Origin: the human T2T-CHM13v2.0 reference genome, Homo sapiens
Assembly (NCBI RefSeq): GCF_009914755.1
Contig: NC_060926.1
Reading direction: 5' to 3' (one strand)
DNA: 64,000 nucleotides
A program made the position numbers and the translations under genes. Shown here piece after piece: positions 13,951-28,345 of the stretch. Within the stretch, counting starts at the first letter, position 1. Every line of letters starts with the position of its first letter. A model generated the notes under the pieces. The model saw only the letters and a list, made by a program, of their open reading frames with translations, ran no database searches and was not told the DNA's origin.

Positions 13951-16405
13951 CTTTTCTTAATTTTATTAATGTCAAACAGACAATAAAGAGAAGAGGTCTT
14001 TCTTCCTTTTTAAAGAAGGGTTTACTCCTCACATAAACTCACATGATAGGAATGCTTGAAAACTGGCACTGTTTAAAAGCAGGTTTCAAAAATCACTTCT
14101 GGCAGATAAACTATAAAAACAAAGCAATGCTAACAAATAAGAATAACTGCTCAAAAACCTGCCAAAAATAAAGAAAAGTCTTTAAATTTCAGCTGCTACA
14201 ACAAAGTACACAAAATAAATTTCTGAGTTATAATAAAAGACCAAAATTAATTGTTTTGTGGTCAAAGCATGTCTATTTTTTTATTTGGACAACTTCCTGC
14301 AAAATAAGACTGCTTTATAATTTATGTGGCAGTCTTTGAAAAAAAAATTCCTATGATCAGAAAGTTTACATAATTTGAAACTTTTCTCTACATCATTTTA
14401 AACTCATATATCAAAAAGAAAACAAAACAAAATATTTAACCTGTGAGCATTTTTTAAAAACATTGTTAGCTTGAAAACTAAGTTTCTTTGTCCATAGTTT
14501 TTTTTTTCCCCCCAAATTGCTGTTTTTTCACTCTCTGAAATTTTTAGTGTAGTTTGATGAGGGAAGATTTAAATTAGCCATGGGTATCAAACAAACAAAA
14601 AACCCAACTCCATCAAAATGATAAACTAATTTACTACTTAAAAAAATCTAGATAATTCTGTAAATTCATAAAATTTGCATTTATCTTTAAAATTCTATAT
14701 TTACTAAGGCCATGCATCAATATCCTAACTATTTAGAACAAGTAAGATTTAATTTTAATGCAAAAAGCTCTTAAGAGCCCGTTACAACAATATAATCATG
14801 TTAAGATATTAAAATTATACTACTTAAATTAGGTTTGTATTTATTCATTTTGCAAAATAAAGTTCTAATGCACTGAAATAGAACAAAACAGAATGATAAC
14901 AAATAACAAAAAGAACACCCAGGAGAGAAGACTGTGCCAAGGGTATAGAATCTCAGAACAGGTCTCATTACATATACGTAATATGTCATTTCAAGGAGTA
15001 TGTATTCGGTATTGAGCCACATTAATGCAAGTTGCTAACATCACTAATCACCACCTTTACTACAATGACACATGAAATAGCAAGTTTTCAAAAAACTACA
15101 ACTACGAAGTTAACATTTCCAGCTGAATTTCTTGGTCACATTAACATTAAATAATTTAAAAACCATAGTAGTCACATGGAATGCAAAACACAGTTCTTAT
15201 TTCCTTTATAGAAAATTTGAGATGTAATTCCTACCACATAAGTAGCTTTGAGTATGTAATTCATACACCAAAACAAAACAAAATTTTAAATCAGAAAATT
15301 ATTATTTCAATTGTTTCAATGATTTATGACCATCTTAGTTTCCTATAATGTGTCAAATTTAGAGCACGATGAAATGAAAACATAAAGAGGTACAGCAAAT
15401 AAATTTGATATTTGGTTTCACTGAAGGTGGTTTTTATCAAGAGGCAGTAACTTTTGATATTATGAGTTTACAATTCAGTTAAAAGGTAAGGAACAAAAAC
15501 CAGTTGGAAAAAGACTTGCCCTCAGAGCTGACAAATGAGAAAAATATATCTTTTCCTTCTCTTGGGTATATTTCAGCCCTACTTATCCTCTGAGGCATTC
15601 TTTAACTGGACCTGGTAGTGCTATACAGACAAAAAGCTTCAGAGTGAATTCCCCTGTACTCTGGAAAGTCCAAGAAACCACAGAGCTCAGTCGTCCATAT
15701 TAAGAACTATGTGCAAAATGAGGTGGGAAGGCAGAGGGAGAGACAAGAGGAGGAAGAAAGTTTCCTACTTTTTGCTTGCTTGCCTTCTGCTACAATAAAT
15801 AGGTGTTACATAATTATTTATATCCCATCTTATTCCAACATAATTTAAGATGACTTACAAAACTATGAGTAGAAGAACAGAATGCCGTCTTTAAAACTAA
15901 TATGAATAAAAGGGAAAATAAGAGGACATGAGAAAGATGAAAACACAAGGTAAAGCTGGAACAAAGAAACACCTATCGTAAGGTCTTGCACAAGTCTATG
16001 ATGTGGGTGGTTCAGCTCCTTAGCAATCAAAGTGGGAAACAAGATCAAATTACAAAATTCTCATTCTCTGTAAGATGTAATTTACAAACAAGCTCCAAAG
16101 CATTCTCTAGGACTTAGAATTGAGAGAAGTTTTAAAAATAATTTTCAAAAATGCAACACTGGAGCATACAACAGTTTTCTCAATAGAATCTTTACAGCAA
16201 TTAAAATAACAAATTTCACATAAAAGTTTCTTTTAACATTTCCTCAGTGCAAGCCAGAGTGATAACATAAGGAAAGATTCCCCAAAATAAGCCATCTTGC
16301 TAGGAAGTGTGCAATTCTTATCTGGATCTTTAAACATACACTAACAATTTCCAGAATCTTATGTTAAATTCCATTTTCAAATTCCAACTTCATATTCTAT
16401 TTTCT

Positions 16406-16721
<316 letters not shown>

Positions 16722-16829
16722 TCATATTCTATTTTCTAAAGTCAGGTTCTTATGCTAGATGAGAGCATAAGATCACATAAAATGAGATAACCAGGGTTCC
16801 AGATCAGGCAAAAGATAAAACATTGGTAG

Positions 16830-17166
<337 letters not shown>

Positions 17167-20100
17167 AAGGGACCTTTCTTTTTAACTGAAATGAGTACCT
17201 CTTTTCGTTGGTGATCTTCCTTCTATGATCCTGCCCATTACAACAGCTGGGAGTCCAATCTATGATGATGTTTAATCCTCCCCAGTTTGGTATTTCTAAC
17301 CGTAGTAGATAAATGTGACTCTGTCTTCACATTCAGTTTGCATCAATTTAGATTCATATTTGCATACTTTTAGAACATTTACTTTTTGTTACTGGTGCAG
17401 AGGAAAGACAGCAAAACTGATACAAAGGAAATGTCCTATCTCTTATTTTATTATACAAGAAAAAACAAGATCTACCAGTGATGTCAAACGACATGCTACC
17501 ATGGTATAATATCCAGCCTGAACACTAATAAAATGTAACAATGATGCATTCTGGTTTTCATGTCAGGTAAATAGGTTGTAGCAAATCATATCTTCCTTAC
17601 TACTGGGTTGGTCTGCTCTCTGCCTCCCAAAGATCCTAAATTTATGTCCTCCTGCCTCCCAGATTATGCTTATGTTGTTTCATATCTCTTCTCCTACCTC
17701 ATTATCAGTTTAGGTCTCATCACTTTCAGGATGGCTCTCTCTCAGACTCTACTTGAAGGGCCCATAAAAGCTTTCTCTACATAATTTAGCTATATATTAC
17801 TATATAATTATTTGGGGATTCTCCTTATTAGATCTTGAAATTCCTTCTTTTATATTACCCACCATGAATAACAAAATGCTCAACATGTAGCAAATACTCT
17901 AAATACAAATAAACTTACTATAATGCATTAATAAACTGCTGTATATATTTATAACAGCTCATGTTTGTTCAACATAACTAGGATATTTATTATGATTGCA
18001 TCAATTGAACCAGAAGGCAAATTTTTACCATACAGGTGATTTCTGCATGGTATACAATCAACCCATATTTAATCAAACCTTGGGCTTTTCTGTTTTCAAG
18101 CTTGTCAAAATAATTTCAATTGTGAGACAACTTTTGAGAACACTACCAAAAACCAAATCTATTTTGTAAGCTAGTGTCAAACCTCAAAATGACGAAGATT
18201 AAATGACAATTTTCATCCAATACAGTTTGATTCGTATTTGAACTCATAACATAAAATTTATGAAGCTTATTACTTTATTACCATTCAAAGAATTCTTCCA
18301 ATGTGTAGCCATTAAAATTTATTTCTGAACTTCCTATTTTATAAAAATTCAAACCTTAGTAATCTCAATATATAATTCTGCTATTGTAAAAGGTAGTAGT
18401 CTTTAGATTTGGCATAATATATACACTCCCTTACCATAATTTCCTGCAATAAGGAAAACCACTCCTAATATTTAAAAATATGTTAGAAAACATACACTGA
18501 AGTATCTCATATTATCAACTTAAATCAATCAAGATTCATTCTGTTCATTAAAAAAGTTATAGGATAATTATCATGGTTACATTATTAACCATCTTATAAT
18601 TGTTTACTTCAAAGAACAAAAGTAGGAAACATTTCCATAATATAAATTGAAATGGCTTTTGAACAAATTTAACAACAAAAGAATATTATTCAATTTTCTT
18701 TCTTTTCCTTAAAAACAAAATGGAAAGAGTAAGCCAAAGACAGATACAGATGTGTATATTTTCATTTATTGCAACATAATAGATACACACAGAGGCTGTG
18801 AGAATACAATATTCATTTTGCTGCAGAAGAACAGACATTGCATAACAATGAGATTTGCTAATGAAATCAACCATCAACCTGAAATACATATGTATTAAAC
18901 CAAGACCTCAGTGTCATTTTCTTTTTGAATCGTTTGTTCTTACTTTCATTTTTTTCTCGACCTTTTCAGTATTTTTGTCCTTTAGATTTTAGAACTTATG
19001 GGTGAAGCAAAATCAACTCTATATTACAATGTATTGCTTTTTATTCATCACATTTATTTTCAATGTAAATTCCAATTGTTCTGCTTCTATCAGCACTATT
19101 AGTGTACCTTCAGAAAAAAGAAATCAATGGATGCTACCAGAAGAAACAAAGGAGGTTTATTTCTATAGAGAATTGTTGGATCTCAGGTCCAAAAAATTTT
19201 TTATCAATATTTCACATAAATTCTATGTGAAAACTTTAATTGCAAGGCGAGTGCTTACTTATTTAATAAGAAATAAGAAAATAATAAATACATTTTAAAG
19301 TCACTTTTGTAATAATATAATTTCCTCGACAATTTTGACTACTGATAATTATTAAATGAAATAATGTAGGGCTAATATAATCATTAAAATGAAAATTATT
19401 CTCAAGTTTTTAAAATAATACTTTTCCCTCAAAATGTTTTACTATCCTGGTCTGCAAATGTTGATTACCAATTAATATTTTCAAAAATAAGTAATACTGG
19501 GAATTTTCTTAAAGATTTATGATTTAGTTACAATCTTCAATAAAAGCACAAGACTATGAAAATATTTAATGTGATGTATCTTAAAGAAAAAATAAGTATT
19601 AATGTACCCCCAGAATCAATTTATATCCTTTTGAGTATAGGATATTTAACTAAAGAGCTATCTGTGCTATTGGTTATCCATTTACACAAATTAGGTTTTC
19701 AATTCACCTGTGCTACAGATAAAATTAACAGGCTAATCTCTGGCATACAATTGCTACTAATTCATAATAATAACAGCTTTAACAACAACAACAACAAAAA
19801 GCAGTACTTATACCAACTAAAACATCCAGAGTCAAACAGAAGATTAAGTTTCCTGTTATATTTTATACTACGTTAATGTCTAACCTCAAACAATACCCTG
19901 CAAAAATAACCAAAGGCAGTATCAACTACAATTCTGTTAGAAATAAGTAAACAATTAGACGTTCCTTATTAAATGTAAACTCTGAAAGTTGTCACTGACA
20001 TCTAATAATTGTCAAGGCTATTTTTAAAACTTTGAAGAATGACTTGAAGCTACAAACCACACAACCACAGAACGATCAATCAATCTAAACACAAGAGATT

Positions 20101-20334
20101 TTCCTTTAAAAATCCAAAAATTTCTATTAAAATGTCAAAATATACATTAGACTGTAGAGAAACAGACGCTTTAAACGAGTATCTGTGCAATACCAAAAGC
20201 CTACTTTTACTAGTACAAAAAAAAAATCCTAAAACATGGTGATAGGGTTTGGAAAGTCATCTAGCTCATTGCTACTCCAAGTATAGTCCACAGACCAGCA
20301 ACATGGAAATTATTTGTTAAAAATGCAGAATCTT

Positions 20335-20770
20335 GGCCAGGTATGGTGGCTCACACCTGTGATCCCAACATTTTTGGGAAGCCAAGGCAGGAGGATCACT
20401 TGAGGCCAGGAGTTCAACACTAGCCCAGGCAACACAACGAGACCCCATCTCTACAAAAAAATAAAATAATTAGCCAGATGTGGTGGCATGTGCCTGTAGT
20501 CCCAGCTACTCAGGAGGCTGAGATGGGAGAATCACTTGAGGCCAGGAGTTCTAGGCCAGCCTGGGTAATAGTGAGACCTGGTCTCTACAAAAAATATTAA
20601 AAATTAGCCAGGTGTGTTGGCACGTACCTGTAGTCTTAGCAACTCAGGACATTCAGGTGGGAAGATCACTTCAGCCCAGGAGTTCGAAGTTACAGTGAGC
20701 TATGACTGTGCCACTGCACTCTAGCCTGGGTGACAGAGAAAGACCCTGTCTCTAAAAAAAAACAAAAGAA
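20335..20770 (+). mobile_element. Three-monomer AluJ
   Basis: Left arm, chimeric right/left arm, right arm, with two tctctac-A-rich linkers. Confidence 0.85.
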
Positions 20771-20774
20771 ACAA

Positions 20775-21081
<307 letters not shown>

Positions 21082-21502
21082 TCAGGCCCCAGACTAGACT
21101 TACTCAGAATATTCTGTACATTAAAGTTTAGGAAGCCCTGATCTAGTACCTAACAATTTATACACCAATTTCAATAATTTCTGATATAATAACAACCCCT
21201 CAAAAAATCCATATTAAGAGACAGAATACTCAGGGAATAATTTATTTGTTGTGCCCAAAGTCCACGGCCTATCTTTTGCTTATTCATCTAAGTCTCATTC
21301 ATATGGACTACTGATTTAAAATTTGTGGTAATATGAGGAATAAGAGGGCAGAAATAATATGTTTCTATAAACTATTGGAAAAAAATACATATAAAAAACA
21401 AGAATTTACACTCAGCAAAATTTTAAATTGATTCAGCAGAGGAGGCCTTTCTTCAAATAAAATATGTGAAGAAGCCCAGTATGTGCTCACACTGAGATTA
21501 CA

Positions 21503-21825
21503 GGCTCACACCTGTAATCCCAACTCTTGGGAGACCAACGTGGGAGGATACATTGACGCCAGGAGTTTGTGACCAGCCTGGGCAACACAGCAAGACCCCA
21601 TCTCTACAAAAATTTTAAAAAATTAGCCAGGTATTAAAAAAATAAATAAAATAAAATTAGCCAGGCATGGTGGTGCGCGCCTGTTGTCGCAGCTACTCAG
21701 CAGGCTAAGGTGGGAGGATCGCTTGAGCCGGGAAGTCAAGGCTGCAATGAGCTGTGATCATGTCACTACACTCGAGCCTGGGCAACAGAGCGCAACCCCA
21801 TCTCAAAAACAAAACAACAAACAAA
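21503..21825 (+). mobile_element. AluJ
   Basis: Dimer with duplicated linker (aattagccagg twice). Confidence 0.9.
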
Positions 21826-22279
21826 CCCAGAATAGCAGAAAATAAAGAGCTGCTTTTTGGGGTAGAGGAGGTACCTAGCAGCTGCCAAGATATTTCAATA
21901 GAACCAATTCACATGGTTCTGCAGGGGACACTCTGACCTGAGAAAAGGGGATTACTTAAGAGTCTAAAAACAAGTGGAAAAGTTGTTACACTAATCACAA
22001 AGTTCACTATTTATCAAAGCAAGTCCTCAAGTTTATTCTGTAGTATTTTAAACTAAGAACACTGGATTAAAATTACATAATTTTTTTGTAAGTAAAATTG
22101 ATATTTTCCTAAATAAATCCAATCGGCGAAGTTAGAAGTAACTAAGGTTATCTTTAATTAAATTATTTTAATTAGTAGTAGGCCTGTCATTTACAAGGCA
22201 TTATGTTAAATGCTAGTAATATAGATGAATGGACAAAGTACTCTATTTATCGTCTTGGAAGAATAAAATAAATACATGG

Positions 22280-22380
22280 TAGTCCCAGCTACTCAGGAAA
22301 CTGAGGCAGGAGGAGTTCTTGAGCCCAGGAGTTCCAGACCAGCCAGAGCAATATAGAGAGACCCTGTCTCTAAAATAAAG
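22280..22380 (+). mobile_element. FLAM, 5'-truncated
   Basis: Monomer flanked by ataaatacatgg. Confidence 0.8.
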
Positions 22381-22727
22381 ATAAATACATGGAACATACT
22401 ACCATTTATACCGTAAGAGTGGTATAAATAAAGTACTCTGAGAGCAAAATTAACTGAGGATGTCAGAAAAAAGGTTTACGAAAAAATGACATCTGAAGTA
22501 GGCTTTGGAAAGCAGTGTAGGAATTTGAATAACAAAGGTGGGTAGGTGGAGGAACTAGGAAAAGAGGCATCCCAAGGGGAAGGACAACATAAGCTAAGGA
22601 TCAAAAGCTGAAAAGCACTGGATATATTCTGAGAATAGCTAAGGTGGCTTCCAAGCTCCCTAATAACAGGAATCATGAGTTGTTCCTTTTATAGCAGTAG
22701 CACCTATAACACGCAAGAGTTAATATA

Positions 22728-23042
22728 CAGGTTGAATATCCAGAATTTGAAAAGCTCCAAGATCTGAAACTTTTTGAGCATCAACATGATGCCACAGGTG
22801 AAAAATTCCATACCTGACCTTATGTGACGTGTTGCACATTATTTAAAATATCATATATAATTGCCTTCAGTTTATGTGTATAAGGTGTAGATGAAACTAA
22901 TAAATTCAGTGTTTAGACCTGGGTATCTCCCCTCCCCAAGATATCTCATTTTATATATATGGAAATATTCCAAAGTCTGAAAAAATCTGAAATCCCAAAA
23001 GCTTCTAGACCCAACCATTTCAGATAAGGAATACTCAACCTG
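22728..23042. mobile_element. Tigger4/MER46-type DNA transposon fossil
   Basis: Terminal inverted repeats caggttgaatat ... atactcaacctg with TA target duplication. Confidence 0.88.
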
Positions 23043-23599
23043 TACCTGGGCAGCATAAGAGCTTGTTATGTATATACTGTTTGAATGACTCAATCAATCA
23101 GTAAAGTAATATAGTCTGGCTAGTACAAAGGACATATGTAAAAAAAATAGTGGGAGAGATATTTATTTGGCTGAAAACGTACTTTAAGACCTTATTGGAG
23201 ATGACCTTAAATACCACACTAAGCGTTTGATTTTAATGCTGCAAACAATGGTAAACTACCTGCTTAGAAATATTGATCTAGCAGCTTTAAGGAGGATGAA
23301 TTGAAGCAGGAAGAAGTTTACAATAAGGATATTGCAATAGTTGGTCTCCTGAGATAATTTAGGCAAAAGTGAGGTTTTGTACTAAGGTGTGGCAGAAGAG
23401 TGACAAATGAGGGGATGGATAAATATAAAAGTTATTCATATATAGAAGTAGGGATAATTTTTTTTTACTTCCTAGCTGGTTAAACTAGAGAAAGAAATGT
23501 AAAAATTGTATTGTAGAAGTAAAATTTATTGGACTTCAAAGCAGCCTTTATATGCAGAAAGTAGGAATACAAAAATTAAGCAAATGCCAAAAAAGTAGA

Positions 23600-23930
23600 G
23601 CAGAAATCTTTTATGCATTGATCACATAAACTGGTACAATTATATAGAAAGAAATTAGGCAACATATAGTAAAGTCAAAGCAGCATGTAGACCGTAATAC
23701 AGTAATTCTAGATATCTCACCCAGAAAAGTTCCCATACATGCACATAAAAAGTCATGTATACGAATGTAAATTGCAGTTCTACTTGTAGAGTAAAACCTT
23801 GGAAATATTGGAAAATGAAAAAATGAAAATATCACGGTATGTTTTTATAATGAAATACTATATGGTAGTTAAAATGAATGACATAGAGCTACTTATATTA
23901 ACATAGATATATATCTTTAATATGCTAACA
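23600..23930 (+). mobile_element. Old L1 (L1ME-like) fragment
   Basis: cagtaattc..gatat..ccagaaaa; aatgaaatactatatggtagttaaaatgaatg. Confidence 0.6.
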
Positions 23931-24199
23931 CAAACACTTGAGGGAAGTGAAGGTTTAAGGTTTTGTTTGCACTTCTGTTTATCACTTTATTTCATGCCAG
24001 GACAATCCTTTGGATAACAATGAAATAAACCAGTCATGAGGGAGAAAAATGAATGTCTTTTGGCAGATCATGAAACAAGCCTCTAGAGAAGGCAGAAATG
24101 AATAAAAATAAAAAAGCATGAAGTTTTAGGTTTAGTAAGGAGGTGAAACACTTCATTTCTCAGATATGGGTAGGGAGGTAGAAGGAAAAAAACCTAATA

Positions 24200-24955
24200 G
24201 TTTTTTGTTTTTTTGCTTTTGAGACAGGGTCTCATTCTATCACCCATGCTGGAGTGCAGTGGAATCTCTGCTCACTAGCTTATATAGTAAGTGTGTGTTT
24301 CTTCCTTTTTTTTTTTTTGAAACTGCAAACTATTTTTCAGAGTGGTTGTACCATTTTACATTCCCACTGGTAATGTATGAGAGTCTGATTTCTTCATATC
24401 TTTGCCAGCAATTCATATTGTCGCTATTTTTAATTTTAATTTTTTTAGACAGGGTCTTGCTGTGTTGTGCAGGCTGGTCTTAAACTCCTGGGTTCAAGCA
24501 AGAGTTCAACTGTTCTAATAGGTGTGTGGTAATATGTCATTTTTCAATTTCTCTGACGGCTAGTGATGCTGAACATCTTTTCATGTGTTCAGCTGACATC
24601 CGTATAACCTTTTTGGCGAAATGAATATCTTTTGCCCATTTTCTAATTGGACTGTTTGCCTTTTTACTATTGAGTTTTTAGTTTTTATATATCCTAGATA
24701 AGAGTCCTTTGTCAGATAAGCAGTTTTCAAGTATTTCCTCCCAGTATGTAGTTTGTTTTTTCATCATCTTAACAGGGCATTTTGCAAAGCAAATGTTTTT
24801 AATTTTGATAAAGTCCAATTTACAGATTTCTTTCTTCTATGGATCATGTTTTTGCATCACATGGAGAAACTCTTCACCAAGTTTTGTCTTGTAGGTTTTC
24901 ACCTATGTTTTCTTCTAAAAGCTTTATATTTCTACATTTAAATGTATGATCCAAA
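24200..24955 (-). mobile_element. L1M ORF2-region fragment with Alu monomer pieces
   Basis: gagtggttgtaccattttacattcccact...gaacatcttttcatgtg...aagtccaatttac; Alu pieces at about 24200-24275 and 24435-24500. Confidence 0.8.
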
Positions 24956-25059
24956 CAGGTTCTGAGCTACAGGAGAAGAAGAACTGAACAATCTTTTCAT
25001 CAGGACTTCAACTACTTTGTCTAGTTAATTTCAACATTTACTGGGTATCCACTTAAAGT

Positions 25060-25720
25060 GGATACTACTTAAAGTAGTAGGCACTTAGCACAGTTACAAA
25101 GTATCAGTATCAGATACACACAGGAGAAAAAACACAAATATATATTTTTATTTCACTATTTTCAGTGTTTTGATAAGAGTTATACATGAGTGCACCTGAC
25201 TTACCCAGGAAGAGCTTGAGAGTGTTTCTGTAGACTACATTTGCTCTAAACTTGGAAGCCTTCTCACAGGGGAAGGCTATGTCAGGAAGGGATAACAGCA
25301 CTCAGTAAAGGCAAAAGGACTATATACACACCTCTTGCTTTAAGGAAGTATAAATCATTTAACATTTGGAGACTAAGTATGGGAGATTGAGGCATTACTT
25401 TTAGATGTAAGCAGGAGACAGGCTGTGGAAGATTTCATATACCCTGTAAATGAGATTAAATTTTATTCTGTAGTGGTTGGAAGCTAATAAGGAGTTTAAG
25501 TAGGTAAATAACCTAGTTTGATTTGTGATGTCAATTATATCATCATTGAGAGGATGATGAACTTGGACACAGCAAGACTAGGGGCAGAGACACTAGTTAG
25601 GGGGTTACTGTGACAGCCCAGGTGAGACATGATGCAAATCTACATTAAGATTTAAGCATCATGAACAGAGAAGGAAAGATGGATTTGAGAAATATTTAGG
25701 GGGAAAAAAAGAAATGTAGT
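25060..25720 (-). mobile_element. L2 fragment
   Basis: Purine-rich antisense L2 (gcagagacactagttagggg ttactg..cccaggtgagacatgatg). Confidence 0.6.
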
Positions 25721-25728
25721 CTTTGTTA

Positions 25729-26050
<322 letters not shown>

Positions 26051-26270
26051 GAATAGTAGAGAAGTTATGAAACAGCAATCGATTGTAGAAAATCCTTTTA
26101 TTAACCTCTAGTTAACCTGTAGGATTGTCTAATACAGCACTTACCAAAGCATGAAAAACACTAGTCCCATAAGATGTTCTTTGAAGGAAGGGTCAAATAA
26201 GTTGGAGGTTCACAAAACACATTAACACATTTTAAAAGGCTCAGAAAAAGTTGTTAAATAAAACAAAACC

Positions 26271-26496
26271 CTTTGGATACAGGAAGGGGAACATCACACA
26301 CCAGGGCCTGTTGTGGGGGGGTGGGGGTGGGGGGAGGGATAGCATTAGGAGATATACCTAATGTAAATGACGAGTTAATGGGTGCAGCACACCAACATGG
26401 CACATGTATACATATGTAACAAACCTGCACGTTGTGCACATGTACCCTAGAACTTAAAGTATAATAAGTAAAAAAATAAAAATATACATAAAAAAA
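26271..26496 (+). mobile_element. 5'-truncated L1PA (PA4-6-like) 3' end, within a probable hAT-Charlie fossil (~26135-26615)
   Basis: ggggaacatcacacacc...G-rich tract...ccctagaacttaaagtataat; TSD taaataaaacaaaacc at 26255-26270 and 26497-26512. Confidence 0.9.
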
Positions 26497-26709
26497 TAAA
26501 TAAAACAAAACCTTTTAACATTAACCCTATGTCTTCCAAACTTACTTGACCATGGAACCTTTTTTCATGAAATACTCCATACAACCAATGCTCTACCAAA
26601 ACTACTTTGGGTACCACTGGTTTGGCAACAATGTGGGCTTTGGTTAAGCTTCAATCTTCTCTTTAAAAAAAAAAAAAGACATATGCTTAAATGTTCATTT
26701 ATGTGAAAT

Positions 26710-27160
26710 CTCTCTGGCTTCCTTTGTAACTCTCTCTCATTGCTCACCAACTCTAGCCATCCTGATTTCCCTATTATTCTTGGAATATGCAAAGCACAAT
26801 CTCTCTCAGTATCGTGGCATTTACTGTTTTCTTTGGAACAGTTCTCACCCAGGTATCTACATGGCTCAACTCCCTCACTTCCTTAAGATCTCTGCAAAAC
26901 TGTCATCTTATTGGAGAGGTCTTCAGTAGCCAATCTGTAACAAATACTAATTCATACCCCTGGCTAATTCATACTCATGACTCTTAATTTGCTTTACCTT
27001 TCTCCTAAGTGTTAGTTGCCATCTAATATACTACATACAACTTATTTATCTCTTTCACCAATAGAATGAAAAGCTCCATGAGTGCAGAGTCGCTGTTGTT
27101 TGGTACCTTATCCTTAGCACATGCAAGTAACTAGGCACTTAATAGTTGTTGAAGAATTTA
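26710..27160 (+). mobile_element. L2 3' fragment
   Basis: atggctcaactccctcacttcc...tagaatgaaaagctccatgag...taggcacttaata. Confidence 0.7.
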
Positions 27161-28041
27161 GTGATCATCATATAACCTCTGATTGTATTTATTTTATATT
27201 AAAGTAGATAATAGGTAAAATACCTACATATCAACATATTCATTGATAAAAACAGTATTTTCACTTATGATTTTGTTTTTCATATTTTTCATGTCCACAT
27301 TCAATATGAAAGATCTCACCAGTTTTATCCTTTAAAAAAAGTGAGGATTTTGGAAGCTTTCAACTCTAACTTTTCAAACTTTTCTCTTCATCAAAAACAA
27401 ATCTAAAATTGCTACATAATTATATCTTTAGAAAATGCACAGTCATTTTAGTATAACTTCTTAAATTTCTCTTTAGCACTTCCTTAGACACTGGCCTGCA
27501 AAGGACTACCTATAATATTGAAAGTAGTAACCTTCACCCTCTAAAACAGAGTCACTTTCTTTTGTGATGTACAGTGATTTCTTTCTATAACTTTTGCAAT
27601 TGTTAAGTGCTTTCATAGGTTTTAGGTGTGTAATGCCTCTACTTTTAATTTTAACCATGACTTATTACTCTTCAGTATAGATCAACTGTCCAGCTGAACG
27701 TATTTCACATAATACTCTCATAGTGACATATATTCCCCTTAAAACGGAAAGAAATGCTCACTGATAAATGCAGCAATTTTTCAAAATATCTCAGTATATC
27801 TATAAATAATCTATAAAACCCTTAAATATTTTAATATAAAATGCAATATTTCTACAAGAAAGGACTTTAAAAAATACCCAAATAAGTTAACACAAGATAT
27901 ATACTTTAATTGGTTCTGCTTCATATAAAATATTTATTGAGGAATAACAACAGAGTTATGCATATATAACTTTATAATCCAGATATAAACTCTCCATTCA
28001 TCAAAATTTTTCTATATAGCAATATATTAATAGCAAAGTAA

Positions 28042-28345
<304 letters not shown>

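Noticed and set aside
27320-27329. Possible 10-nt microexon
   Set aside because: AAG acceptor and short tract; expected by chance
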